IMG/VR virus record: IMGVR_UViG_3300028008_000050
Length of the DNA: 35,472 nucleotides
Strand: one strand, 5' to 3'
Source of the DNA: a virus
The stretch's first letter is position 1. Each line of letters opens with the position of its first letter. The notes under the pieces are model-generated. The model ran no database searches and had not been told where the DNA came from. It saw only the letters and a program-made list of their open reading frames with translations. Of this stretch, positions 16,240 through 25,958 are shown piece after piece. The position numbers and the translations under genes were made by a program.

Positions 16240-16916
16240 GTTTAATAACCGAACAGTATGATTATAAAGAGCTAAAAAGAGAAAGCGTAAACGGCAAGCG
16301 TTTGTACGCTTGTCCAGATGGTAACCATGTAGCAAGTGTTACAACAATCCTTAGTAAAACGAAGGATATGACGCATTTAAACGCATGGCGTAAGCGTGTT
16401 GGAGAAAAGAAAGCACAAGAGATTGTAACAGAAGCCGCTAGTGTTGGAACACGTATGCACAAGTTCTTAGAGGATTACATACTAGAAGGCGAATGGCCAC
16501 AACCAGGCAGTAACCCTTACAGTCAACAAGCAAACAAGATGGGTGAACAAATCCGTGATAATGCTATGGTTGACGTAGATGCTATATGGGGTACAGAAGT
16601 GATGCTTTATCACCCTCAAATCTACGCAGGAACGACTGATCTTGTAGGAACATACAAAGGCCAGCCTTGTATTATGGACTTTAAACAATCTAACAAGCCT
16701 AAGAAGAAAGAATGGATTGAAGATTACTATTTGCAGTTAACAGCCTATGCCTTAGCACATAACGAAATATACGGCACAGACATTAAAGAAGGGCATGTAT
16801 TTGTATGCTGTCGCGACTTAACGTATCAGCAGTTTGATCTATGGCCAGACGAATTTAAGGAGTGGGAATCTAAGTGGTGGGACCGTGTATATCAATATTA
16901 TGACTCCATGAAGTGA
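16236..16916 (+). CDS. PD-(D/E)XK exonuclease, RecB/Cas4/MGME1-like
   Basis: GTRMHKFLEDYIL (motif I H), YAGTTDLVGTYKGQPCIMDFKQSNKPKKKEWIEDYYLQLTAYALAHNE (D...DFK...Q..aYa). Confidence 0.85.
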   Translation: MSLITEQYDYKELKRESVNGKRLYACPDGNHVASVTTILSKTKDMTHLNAWRKRVGEKKAQEIVTEAASVGTRMHKFLEDYILEGEWPQPGSNPYSQQANKMGEQIRDNAMVDVDAIWGTEVMLYHPQIYAGTTDLVGTYKGQPCIMDFKQSNKPKKKEWIEDYYLQLTAYALAHNEIYGTDIKEGHVFVCCRDLTYQQFDLWPDEFKEWESKWWDRVYQYYDSMK

Positions 16917-16947
16917 TAAATACTAATAGCAAATTAGGAGAAATATA

Positions 16948-18576
16948 GTGGCGATTGTACAAATTTCACGTATACAGGTTAGACGCGGACAAAAGAATGC
17001 AGGTACTGGCATACCGCAATTAGCTGGCGGTGAGTTTGGCTGGGCTGTAGATGCTAGAGAACTTTACATTGGTAACGGTTCAGTATCAGAAGGTGCACCA
17101 GCAGTTGGTAATACAAAGATTATTACACAACATGATAACTTGTTTACGTTTGCAGACACATACAAGTACAAAGCAACGGATGAAACAATCCAAACAGGTG
17201 CTACTGCTACAACTCCAGTTACTAGAACATTACAAGAAAGACTAGACGAAACAGTAAATGTATTGTCGTTTGGTGCATTAGGTGATGGTTCAGATCAAAC
17301 AACAGTTTTACAAAGAGCTATTGATCAACTATACCTAAACAATGCATCAAAAGGAAGTGTTACAAGTAGAGTAAAATTATATTTTCCAGCAGGTAATTAC
17401 ACATTATCAAACAGTTTAAAAGTTCCGCCACATGCTACACTAGTTGGTGAAGGCAGTGAAAGAACAATCATTACACAGACTGGTGCGTTTCCAATTATAG
17501 AAACTGTTAATAGCACAAGTACTCCAGGTACATATGCCAGTGATGCAACTAGCTCATTTATTAATCAAGCACAAGATATTAAAGTGTCAGGCTTTACACT
17601 AGTACAACAAACTGTTAATACAGGACTAGCATTGACTAGTTGTAGAAACAGTACGTTTGAAGATATTACTATTAAAGGCACTTGGTCAACAGGTACAGTA
17701 GTAACAGCAACACAAGTTGGTGTACTATTAAACAGTTTATCAACAGCAGTAAGTTCAAACAATAATACGTTTACTAACTGTACTATCGAAGGACACTCAT
17801 ATGGTGTGTTTAGTGATTTTGATATTAAAGAAAATACGTTTAGTAATACAACATTTAAAACTTTAGACAGAGGTGTTGTATTTGGACAAGGAACTACTAT
17901 TGGTGCTCAAGGACAATTAACAGGTCCACAGAAAAATACAATTACTAGTAGTACATTTACAGACATTGACGAATACGGTATATTTGTTAACAAGGGTAAC
18001 TATAATAGAAGCACACATAACACATTTACTAGTGTTGGTAACAATGGTGGAGCAAACTCAAATGCTTCATTTGCTATTATTAAGTTTACAGACGGTACTG
18101 CATTAACTAATAGCAGTGACGGTGACTTCTTTGACAGAACAGCAGATTTGTCATATAACCAAACATTGATTTCAGGCTACAAATATGTACCAGAAGTTGA
18201 AGGGCCAGGATTATTTAAAAATGAGTTTTCATATAGAATTCCTGTAGCACAACAGAATACATTTGTAAGAGTATTAAAGTGTAGTGGCGAAGTTAGTAAA
18301 AACGTACAAATTGCGTATGTATACAAATCAACAGCCGTTAACGCAATTAGAGAAGGTGTACTAAACATCTTTGTTAACCTTGCAGACGGAACTACGCAAA
18401 CAACAGACGAGTTTACATTTTTAGGAACTGACGCATACAGACCTAATTTAGAATTTCAAACAGCATTAGCTGATGAGGATGGAGATGCAACTAACGAAAC
18501 AATAGTTGTGCAGATGAAGAATACAACAACTAGTGATACAGGGTCAATATCCTTTAACGTTACATATAAGACTTAA
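16948..18576 (+). CDS. Tail fibre / beta-helix (pectin-lyase-like) protein
   Basis: N-terminal RIQVRRGQ...GIPQLAGGEFGWAVDARELYIGNG phage fibre motif; VLSFGALGDGSDQTTVLQRAIDQL and repetitive NTFTN..., STFTDI... beta-helix rungs. Confidence 0.8.
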   Translation: MAIVQISRIQVRRGQKNAGTGIPQLAGGEFGWAVDARELYIGNGSVSEGAPAVGNTKIITQHDNLFTFADTYKYKATDETIQTGATATTPVTRTLQERLDETVNVLSFGALGDGSDQTTVLQRAIDQLYLNNASKGSVTSRVKLYFPAGNYTLSNSLKVPPHATLVGEGSERTIITQTGAFPIIETVNSTSTPGTYASDATSSFINQAQDIKVSGFTLVQQTVNTGLALTSCRNSTFEDITIKGTWSTGTVVTATQVGVLLNSLSTAVSSNNNTFTNCTIEGHSYGVFSDFDIKENTFSNTTFKTLDRGVVFGQGTTIGAQGQLTGPQKNTITSSTFTDIDEYGIFVNKGNYNRSTHNTFTSVGNNGGANSNASFAIIKFTDGTALTNSSDGDFFDRTADLSYNQTLISGYKYVPEVEGPGLFKNEFSYRIPVAQQNTFVRVLKCSGEVSKNVQIAYVYKSTAVNAIREGVLNIFVNLADGTTQTTDEFTFLGTDAYRPNLEFQTALADEDGDATNETIVVQMKNTTTSDTGSISFNVTYKT

Positions 18577-19001
18577 TGCAAGAATTAAATTTTGAGAGCA
18601 GGCTCTTTGACTGGTCTAGATTTAGAAAGAAACTAGAAACAAGTAATAAGCCCTTCCAGGACGCAATCTCCTACTATGATAGACACGAACGCTGTAAATT
18701 AAGCATTGATCCTTGGGATCGTGCAACATGGCCTAGTCCGTGGGAGATATTACTCCAAAATAAAATTTGTGACTTGACACATAGCCTAGCTGTGTGTTAT
18801 ACTTTACAATTAACTGATAGGTTTTCCCAAAGTGATTTTGAGATACATATCAGTACAGATAAGACAAGTGAGGTATTTTTTTATCCTGTATTCGTAGATA
18901 ACCATGTATTGTGTTATGAATTTGACGAGGTTTGCCAAAGAGCAGATTTACCAACAGAATTTATATCACAACGCATATATCGAATGCCCCGGCTTCAATA
19001 A
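18576..19001 (+). CDS. Hypothetical phage protein
   Basis: Complete ORF between the fibre gene and nrdA. Confidence 0.7.
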   Translation: MQELNFESRLFDWSRFRKKLETSNKPFQDAISYYDRHERCKLSIDPWDRATWPSPWEILLQNKICDLTHSLAVCYTLQLTDRFSQSDFEIHISTDKTSEVFFYPVFVDNHVLCYEFDEVCQRADLPTEFISQRIYRMPRLQ

Positions 19002-19052
19002 ATACACTTACATTAATATTAAAGATTAAGATTAAAGATTAGGAGATAGAGA

Positions 19053-21407
19053 ATGACAAACGGCTTGGGAATCCAAATCCAAAAAAGAGATGGGTCAAGT
19101 GTACCACTAGACATCAATAAAATTCACTTTGTTGTAGAAGAAGCGTGTGAAGGACTAGCAGGAGTTAGTAGTAGTCAAATTGAAATGAATGCAAACATTC
19201 AATTCTATGACGACATGAGTACAGCAGAGATTCAAGAAATCCTAGTTAAAAGTGCAAACGATTTAATTACATTAGAAAATCCTAACTATCAGTTTGTTGC
19301 GGCACGTTTATTATTATACCCTATCTACAAAGAGTCATTTGGCCAATACAATCCTATTCCTTTAATTGATGTAATCAAACGTAACATTGACCGTGGTGTA
19401 TACGATCCAGCTATCTTAGAAAAGTATACCGAAGACGAACTTTCAACATTAAACAAATACATTAAGCATAAACGTGATGAGAACTTTACGTATGCAGGAC
19501 TTCGTCAAGTAGTTGACAAGTACCTTGTACAAGATAGAAGCAGTGGTGACATTTATGAATCTCCACAAATGATGTACATGATGATCGCGGCAACATTGTT
19601 CGCAGAATATCCAGCACAATCACGTATGCAATATGTAAGGAGATACTACGATGCGACCTCCCTTTTTAAAATCAATATCCCGACGCCCGTTATGGCCGGC
19701 GTCCGCACACCTCTTAGACAATTTGCTTCTTGCGTACTTGTTGATAGCGATGATACCCTTAATTCCATTTTTAGTTCTGATATGGCTATTGGGCGTTATA
19801 CCGCACAAAGAGCAGGAATAGGAATTAACGCAGGACGTATTAGAGCAGTAAACAGTAAAATTAGAGGTGGTGAAGTAGCACACACAGGTGTTGTCCCATT
19901 CCTAAAGAAGTTTGAAGCAACAGTACGTTGTTGTACACAAAATGGTGTACGTGGTGGTAGTGCAACTACACACTTCCCAATATGGCATTACGAAATTGAA
20001 GACATCCTTGTGCTAAAGAATAACAAAGGTACAGAGGATAACAGAGTACGTAAGTTAGATTATTCAATTCAGCTTAATAAAACTATGTATGAAAGATTAT
20101 TATCCGGCGGCGATATAACTTTGTTCTCGCCACATGAAGTGCCAGACTTATACGAAGCATTTTATTCAGACCAAGATAAGTTTGCAGAGTTGTATGCAAA
20201 ATATGAACGTAGCAAAACATTACGTACAAAAACTATTTCAGCAATGGACTTGTTTAGTGCATTAATTAAAGAACGTGCAGAAACAGGACGTATCTATATT
20301 ATGAATGTTGATCATGCTAATACACACAGTTCATTTAAGGACACAGTTTACATGAGTAACTTGTGTCAAGAGATTACATTACCAACTAAGCCACTACAAC
20401 ACATTGACGATCCAGAAGGTGAAATTGCATTGTGTATTCTTAGTGCTATTAACGTAGGTAAAATTAACAATCTAGATGAACTAGAAGACTTGTGTGATAT
20501 GGCAGTAAGAGCATTAGATGAAATTATTGACTATCAGAAGTATCCAATTTTAGCCGCAGAGAAAAGTACTAAAGCAAGACGTAGCTTAGGTGTAGGTTAC
20601 ATTGGACTAGCACATTACCTAGCTAAGAATCAAGTTAAGTATAGCGACAAAAAAGCATTAACAAAAGTACACGAGCTAACAGAAGCATTTCAATATTATC
20701 TGTTACAAGCGTCAAACAATCTAGCTAAAGAAAAAGGCAAGTGTGAATATTTTGACCGTACTAAATATAGCGATGGAGTACTACCCATTGACACATATAA
20801 AAAGGACTTGGATGACGTATGCAAGATTACACTAAAATATGATTGGGAGACTCTTAGATCTTCAATTGTTAAGGACGGACTTAGGCACTCAACGTTGTCC
20901 GCACAGATGCCATCGGAAAGCAGTTCCATTGTGTCGAATGCCACAAACGGTATTGAGCCACCTAGAGGATTCTTGTCCATTAAGAAAAGCAAAAAAGGGC
21001 CTCTTAAGCAGATTGTTCCACAGTATCAGTCATTAAAGAACTATTACACATTGCTATGGGATATGCCTAGCAACGAAGGCTATATTAACATAGTAGCAGT
21101 AATGCAAAAGTTCTTTGATCAAGCAATTTCAGGTAACTGGAGTTACAACCCAACACACTTTGAAAACAATGAAGTTCCAATGAGTGTAATGCTACAAGAT
21201 ATGTTAACTACATATAAGCTAGGTTGGAAAACTTCATACTACCAAAACACCTATGACTTCAAGTCTGATCCTAACGATTTAGAAGATGAACAAGAAGAAG
21301 TTAAGTTAGAAAGCCCTATTAACGGCTTTGAACCACAGATTGGACGTGCGGAGTTTAACGGCACAGACGATGAGTACGAAGAATATTGCGACAGTTGTGC
21401 AATTTAG
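19053..21407 (+). CDS. nrdA: Ribonucleoside-diphosphate reductase class Ia, alpha subunit
   Basis: N-terminal ATP-cone, RTPLRQFASCVL, SNLCQEITLPT, STLSAQMPSESSS, C-terminal CDSCAI. Confidence 0.97.
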   Translation: MTNGLGIQIQKRDGSSVPLDINKIHFVVEEACEGLAGVSSSQIEMNANIQFYDDMSTAEIQEILVKSANDLITLENPNYQFVAARLLLYPIYKESFGQYNPIPLIDVIKRNIDRGVYDPAILEKYTEDELSTLNKYIKHKRDENFTYAGLRQVVDKYLVQDRSSGDIYESPQMMYMMIAATLFAEYPAQSRMQYVRRYYDATSLFKINIPTPVMAGVRTPLRQFASCVLVDSDDTLNSIFSSDMAIGRYTAQRAGIGINAGRIRAVNSKIRGGEVAHTGVVPFLKKFEATVRCCTQNGVRGGSATTHFPIWHYEIEDILVLKNNKGTEDNRVRKLDYSIQLNKTMYERLLSGGDITLFSPHEVPDLYEAFYSDQDKFAELYAKYERSKTLRTKTISAMDLFSALIKERAETGRIYIMNVDHANTHSSFKDTVYMSNLCQEITLPTKPLQHIDDPEGEIALCILSAINVGKINNLDELEDLCDMAVRALDEIIDYQKYPILAAEKSTKARRSLGVGYIGLAHYLAKNQVKYSDKKALTKVHELTEAFQYYLLQASNNLAKEKGKCEYFDRTKYSDGVLPIDTYKKDLDDVCKITLKYDWETLRSSIVKDGLRHSTLSAQMPSESSSIVSNATNGIEPPRGFLSIKKSKKGPLKQIVPQYQSLKNYYTLLWDMPSNEGYINIVAVMQKFFDQAISGNWSYNPTHFENNEVPMSVMLQDMLTTYKLGWKTSYYQNTYDFKSDPNDLEDEQEEVKLESPINGFEPQIGRAEFNGTDDEYEEYCDSCAI

Positions 21408-21410
21408 TAC

Positions 21411-21439
21411 TTGACAAATACATAAGACTAGTGTATATT
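21411..21439 (+). promoter_or_regulatory. Sigma70-like promoter TTGACA-17-TATATT
   Basis: Perfect -35, 17-nt spacer, between nrdA and nrdB; directly followed by taATAAATAC. Confidence 0.75.
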
Positions 21440-21473
21440 AATAAATACGCTATTAGAGAAAAAAGAGAGAGAC

Positions 21474-22577
21474 ATGGCAAAGACAGTATTTAATCGTGAA
21501 GCTGTAGACTTCACAAAGCAACATATGTTCTTCGGAGCAGATCAAAACACACAGAGATACGATACATTTCGTTTCCCTGTATTTGACAAACTTAACCAAA
21601 CAATGCTTGGTTACTTTTGGCGTCCTGAGGAAGTATCGTTACAAAAAGATAGAGCTGACTTCCAAAACTTTCGTCCAGAAGAAAAACACATTTTTACAAG
21701 TAACCTAAAGTATCAAACACTACTAGATAGTGTACAAGGAAGAGGACCATGTCTTGCTTTCTTGCCTCATGTATCTTTACCAGAACTAGAAGGTTGTATT
21801 GTTACTTGGGACTTCTTTGAAACTATTCACTCACGTAGTTATACACACATTATGAAGAATGTATATCCTAATCCAAGTGAAGTATTAGATCATATTTTAA
21901 ATGACGATGAAATTATTAAACGTGCAGTTAGTGTAACTAAAAACTATGATGCATTTACAGGTGCGGCAGACGCATTCATTCATCGTAAAGAAGGAACCAT
22001 GCGTGACGTTAAGAAAAAAATGTTCCTTGCTATGATGAACGTAAACATCTTAGAAGGATTACGTTTTTATGTTTCGTTTGCATGTACATTTGCATTTGGT
22101 GAGCTAAAGAAAATGGAAGGCTCAGCAAAGATTATTAGTCTTATTGCTCGTGATGAAAGTCAACACCTTGCATTAAGTTCACACGTTCTTAAGAATTGGA
22201 TGCGTGGCGATGACGATCCAGAGATGGCTAAGATTGCAAAAGAATGTGAAGCAGAAGTTTATGAAATGTGGAAGGCATGTGTTAACGAAGAAAAAGCATG
22301 GGCTAAACATTTAATGAAAGACGGATCAATTATTGGTCTGAACGAAAGACTGTTAGGCGATTACGTAGAGTACATTGCCAACCGTAGGCTTAAAGCATTA
22401 GGATACTCAACTATCTTTGATGCATCATCAACCCAAAACCCGCTACCGTGGACACAACATTGGCTATCTAGCTCAGGCTTGCAAGTTGCACCTCAAGAGA
22501 CAGAAGTTGAAAGTTATATCATCGGTGGGATTAAACAAGACGTGTCAACAGACAGTCTAAAAGGATTTAAACTATAA
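21474..22577 (+). CDS. nrdB: Ribonucleoside-diphosphate reductase class I, beta subunit
   Basis: WDFFETIHSRSYTHI, MNVNILEGLRFYVSFACTFAF, LIARDESQHLALS (diiron ligands). Confidence 0.97.
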   Translation: MAKTVFNREAVDFTKQHMFFGADQNTQRYDTFRFPVFDKLNQTMLGYFWRPEEVSLQKDRADFQNFRPEEKHIFTSNLKYQTLLDSVQGRGPCLAFLPHVSLPELEGCIVTWDFFETIHSRSYTHIMKNVYPNPSEVLDHILNDDEIIKRAVSVTKNYDAFTGAADAFIHRKEGTMRDVKKKMFLAMMNVNILEGLRFYVSFACTFAFGELKKMEGSAKIISLIARDESQHLALSSHVLKNWMRGDDDPEMAKIAKECEAEVYEMWKACVNEEKAWAKHLMKDGSIIGLNERLLGDYVEYIANRRLKALGYSTIFDASSTQNPLPWTQHWLSSSGLQVAPQETEVESYIIGGIKQDVSTDSLKGFKL

Positions 22578-22840
22578 TGCAAAAGGCAGACAACAACACC
22601 ACAGTAGTATATTCAAAACCAAATTGTAGCTATTGTGTAAAAGCAAAACATCTATTAAAAAGTAAAGGCGTAGACTTTATCGAAATGATTATTGGTAAAG
22701 ACATTCCAGTTGAACAGTTGATGGAAGAATTCAAAGTTAATAATCTTCCAATGCCACGAACTGCTCCGCAAATTATTTTCAAGGGTAAGTATATGGGTGG
22801 TTATCACGAATTAGAAAAACACTTAGAAACTGGAGAATAA
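22577..22840 (+). CDS. Glutaredoxin
   Basis: VVYSKPNCSYCVKAKHLLKSKG...RTAPQIIFKGKYMGGYHEL; CxxC active site and cis-Pro region; overlaps the nrdB stop. Confidence 0.9.
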   Translation: MQKADNNTTVVYSKPNCSYCVKAKHLLKSKGVDFIEMIIGKDIPVEQLMEEFKVNNLPMPRTAPQIIFKGKYMGGYHELEKHLETGE

Positions 22841-22843
22841 TAT

Positions 22844-23161
22844 ATGTTAATTGAAGCACCTTACAAAAAAGGCGATATTGTTACTATTAAACTTATGTCA
22901 GGCGAAGAGCTTGTAGGTAGGTTTGAAAAAGAAGATGATAAACAAATCCAACTTCATTATCCACTAACACTAGTTGCTAGTGAAAAAGGTATTGGCTTAC
23001 AACAGTTCTTGTTTACAGCAGAAGTAAACAGAAGCTATACTGTTAAGCATACTGCTATTTCTTTATGTGTACCTACTGCAAAACAGTTTGCTGAAGCATA
23101 CGAAAAACAAACATCACCAATCATCAAAGCACCTGCAGGATTAGCTGACATCATTAAATAG
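22844..23161 (+). CDS. Small beta-rich protein, possibly Sm-like fold
   Basis: YKKGDIVTIKLMSGEELVGRFEKEDDKQIQLHYPLTLV resembles an Sm1-type strand pattern. Confidence 0.6.
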   Translation: MLIEAPYKKGDIVTIKLMSGEELVGRFEKEDDKQIQLHYPLTLVASEKGIGLQQFLFTAEVNRSYTVKHTAISLCVPTAKQFAEAYEKQTSPIIKAPAGLADIIK

Positions 23162-23192
23162 CAGATAAATACTTTGTAAGAGGAGTATTAAT

Positions 23193-24158
23193 ATGCCAGA
23201 AATGATTTATAGACGTATTCAAGACAATGGTAGTATTGTTAACTTTAATGTTGAAAAAGAAGGTACACCATTTATTATTGTTACATATTTAGGAAAAGAA
23301 ACAAGGGTACATGGCCCACAAGCCGCTCTTGATAAAAAGTTTGCAGGTGGAACACCTAAGTATGTTGATGATACTGTAGATGCTAAAGCAGTTAAACTTG
23401 AAACTGCCTGTGATGCTACAATGGCAACTGCAACAGATGCCTGTGCAGTTATGGGTAGTATTGGTTCATTAGCACCTGATGTTGAAACAGCTATATCAGC
23501 CTCCGAAACAGAAGAAAAAATTAACGAGTTACTAACAGAGTCTATGGACGTGGCAGGTGAGGCAACTGAAAAGATTTCTGAAATCAATACTAACATTACA
23601 GATGCAACAGCTAAGACAGAAGAAGTTAATGCTCTTATCGAACGTTTAGAAGCAATAGAACTTGACGATGATACTCCGGATCCGCAACTGTACACAGTAG
23701 CAAGAGAAGAATTAGAAACTGCCTTAGACAATTATATTAATGGTGTGTCTGAGACAATGAACGACTTAAATGAAGTACTAGGTGATGAAGCACCAGACGT
23801 TGGACAAGAGATTAACGATGCGTGTGCAGTAGTGTCAGAAAACATTGGTGCATGTCAAGGTGAACTAAGTGCAATGGTTGCCGCAGTTAAAACAGGTAAC
23901 TGTAAAGGAATAACAACTGCACTACAAAATACAAAGTTTACACCTAGTGGACAAGCAGGTGAGATTAAAGAGAAAATGAAAAGCGATGTTCCGGCACAAA
24001 CAAGAACTATACAATCAAATGGTAGTATTGTTAACTGGAATATTGACAAGAAGAAACCTTTCAGAGATGTTATGCACCAAGGTAAGCTAACAAGAGTATA
24101 TGCTACAACAGAACAACTAGACAAAGCATTTCCTGAATCAATATTGGTAGCAGTATAA
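23193..24158 (+). CDS. Virion-associated candidate with two terminal NGSIVNFNV modules
   Basis: N-terminal IQDNGSIVNFNVEK...RVHGPQAALDKKF and C-terminal IQSNGSIVNWNIDK...RVYATTEQLDKAF modules flanking a helical core. Confidence 0.75.
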   Translation: MPEMIYRRIQDNGSIVNFNVEKEGTPFIIVTYLGKETRVHGPQAALDKKFAGGTPKYVDDTVDAKAVKLETACDATMATATDACAVMGSIGSLAPDVETAISASETEEKINELLTESMDVAGEATEKISEINTNITDATAKTEEVNALIERLEAIELDDDTPDPQLYTVAREELETALDNYINGVSETMNDLNEVLGDEAPDVGQEINDACAVVSENIGACQGELSAMVAAVKTGNCKGITTALQNTKFTPSGQAGEIKEKMKSDVPAQTRTIQSNGSIVNWNIDKKKPFRDVMHQGKLTRVYATTEQLDKAFPESILVAV

Positions 24159-24805
24159 TGAGTGCTATACCTAAAGTTCAATTAAAAGCTAACAGTCAAC
24201 TTGTTAACTTTAATGTTAATACTAAGTTGAATAGTGAAATCAAAGTTATAAATGGTGTAGAAACAGAAGTGTTTGGTGATCCTTCAATGATTGCTGAACG
24301 ATTTCCTGACCTACCAGAAGCATCGTTACCCGACTTTGGCATTCCTGATCCTGCGGCAGACTTACCTGTAATACCATCTGATCTAGGTGGACTTATACCA
24401 GATTCAATTAAAAATGCTACAGCTAACAAATTAGAACTAGCTAAACAATCAACAGCAAGTGCAAGTTCTAAGATAGGTAATTTGTTTACTAGCTTTGCTG
24501 GTTTAGATACAAGAAAGATATCTGAACTTGCATCATTAGGAGAACTAGAAGCAAAGATTCATAACGCTAAAGTATTACTTGGTGATGTTCCTGCATCAGC
24601 AGAACCTAAGTCAGCTGAACCAAGTAACAAGCCTGCGAAGTCATTACAGATACAAAGCGGTGGTGGCATTGTTAACTTTAATGTTAATAAGAAACTTCCG
24701 TACAAAGATGTTATGTATGATTACATGAGCGAAGGTTTAAAACTGTACAGAATATACGGTACACAAGCACAACTAGATTCACAATTTCCAACAGGGTCAG
24801 CATAG
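24158..24805 (+). CDS. Virion-associated candidate, same modular architecture
   Basis: LKANSQLVNFNVNTK...VFGDPSMIAERF and IQSGGGIVNFNVNKK...RIYGTQAQLDSQF. Confidence 0.75.
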   Translation: MSAIPKVQLKANSQLVNFNVNTKLNSEIKVINGVETEVFGDPSMIAERFPDLPEASLPDFGIPDPAADLPVIPSDLGGLIPDSIKNATANKLELAKQSTASASSKIGNLFTSFAGLDTRKISELASLGELEAKIHNAKVLLGDVPASAEPKSAEPSNKPAKSLQIQSGGGIVNFNVNKKLPYKDVMYDYMSEGLKLYRIYGTQAQLDSQFPTGSA

Positions 24806-25855
24806 ATGGGACAACCAATAGCAAGAATTGGCGACAGGACACAAGGTACTTGTTATCATCCTAGTCATCCACCTTTAGACATTGGTGGTACTATTATAAC
24901 AGGTAGTCCGAACGTGTTTACTAACAACATTCCTACAGCAAGACTAGGAGACCTAGTTGAAACTGACTGTGGGCATATAGGTAAAATTATAACAGGATCA
25001 ACAATAGACATTACTAATGAGTTACTTACAGCAAGGATTGGTGATGTAATTGATACAGACGCTCCTTACAAGGCAGTTATTGTTACAGGTAGTACAGACG
25101 TAGCAGGTGATCCACAAGCAACAGCAGAAGAACAAGCGAACGCAATAGGTAACGTAGTTGCACAAGCAATGGGCTTTGAAAAGGTTACACTTGATCCAGT
25201 AGAAGCCGCAGACATTATTATTGGTCGTAAGATTGAAAGAGATAACGGAGTTGATCCAGATACAACAGAAGCAGTAGAATATGGCGATGGTGGTATTCCA
25301 ACTGCTAGACGTGGTAATGAAAGTCCTGTACTTACAGGTGGAGAATCCGGAGTAACAAATACAGCAGGACCACAACCGGCTCCAGCAAGTTCATCGTCAG
25401 ATGGAGAGTTAGTTGAAGAAGTTCCAAGTAAACAACCATCAAATGCAGATGGACAATTTATTAAATGGTTACCACACGTTGACAGTAGAGTGAAACCACA
25501 AGTTGTAACAGGCTTAGAAAGAATATCTAGAGAGATGGGTTTCCAATTAGTTTGTACTAGTGGATATAGAAGTCCAGAATACAATTCAAGAGTTGGTGGA
25601 TCTAAGAAAAGTCAACACATGTTAGGAAATGCTGTCGACATTGTTCAGACAGGACTAACAACAGCACAACGTCAAAAGTTCATTCAAGCGGCTATTGACG
25701 CAGGGTTTACTGCAATTGGCATATACAATACATTTACGCACATTGATATTAGAGGTGCAAAAGTGGCTTGGGGTTCCAATGGAAGTAGAACTGGCCTACC
25801 AAAATATCCATGGGCACAACAGACCTTAAAAGCTAATGGATATGCTACTAGTTAA
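24806..25855 (+). CDS. PAAR-repeat spike-tip protein fused to M15-type (D-Ala-D-Ala carboxypeptidase-like) peptidase
   Basis: IARIGDRTQGTCYHPSHPP...ARLGDLVETDCGHIGKIITGS...ARIGDVI; C-terminal SGYRSPEYNSRVGGSKKSQHMLGNAVDI...FTHIDIRG (SxHxxGxAxD ... HxD). Confidence 0.88.
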   Translation: MGQPIARIGDRTQGTCYHPSHPPLDIGGTIITGSPNVFTNNIPTARLGDLVETDCGHIGKIITGSTIDITNELLTARIGDVIDTDAPYKAVIVTGSTDVAGDPQATAEEQANAIGNVVAQAMGFEKVTLDPVEAADIIIGRKIERDNGVDPDTTEAVEYGDGGIPTARRGNESPVLTGGESGVTNTAGPQPAPASSSSDGELVEEVPSKQPSNADGQFIKWLPHVDSRVKPQVVTGLERISREMGFQLVCTSGYRSPEYNSRVGGSKKSQHMLGNAVDIVQTGLTTAQRQKFIQAAIDAGFTAIGIYNTFTHIDIRGAKVAWGSNGSRTGLPKYPWAQQTLKANGYATS

Positions 25856-25901
25856 ACCACTTTAAAGATAAATGCACTCAAAGATAGCATAAATAAGCTC
25901 G

Positions 25902-25923
25902 AAGACTCTCCCGGAGTCTTTTT
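25902..25923 (+). terminator. Rho-independent terminator
   Basis: aagactc-tcccg-gagtctt followed by ttt. Confidence 0.85.
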
Positions 25924-25958
25924 ATGTTATAATATAGATAAGGATATAATAAAATAAA

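Noticed and set aside
17500-18200. Repetitive aca/act/agt pattern considered as a tandem repeat or diversity-generating template
   Set aside because: Irregular beta-helix rung repeats of the tail fibre; no reverse transcriptase or VR/TR pair seen.
23219-23731. 170-aa antisense ORF in the 23193 gene
   Set aside because: Shadow ORF caused by codon bias of the plus-strand gene.
25066-25584. 172-aa antisense ORF within the PAAR-peptidase gene
   Set aside because: Fully antisense to a protein with recognisable motifs; no SD or promoter support.
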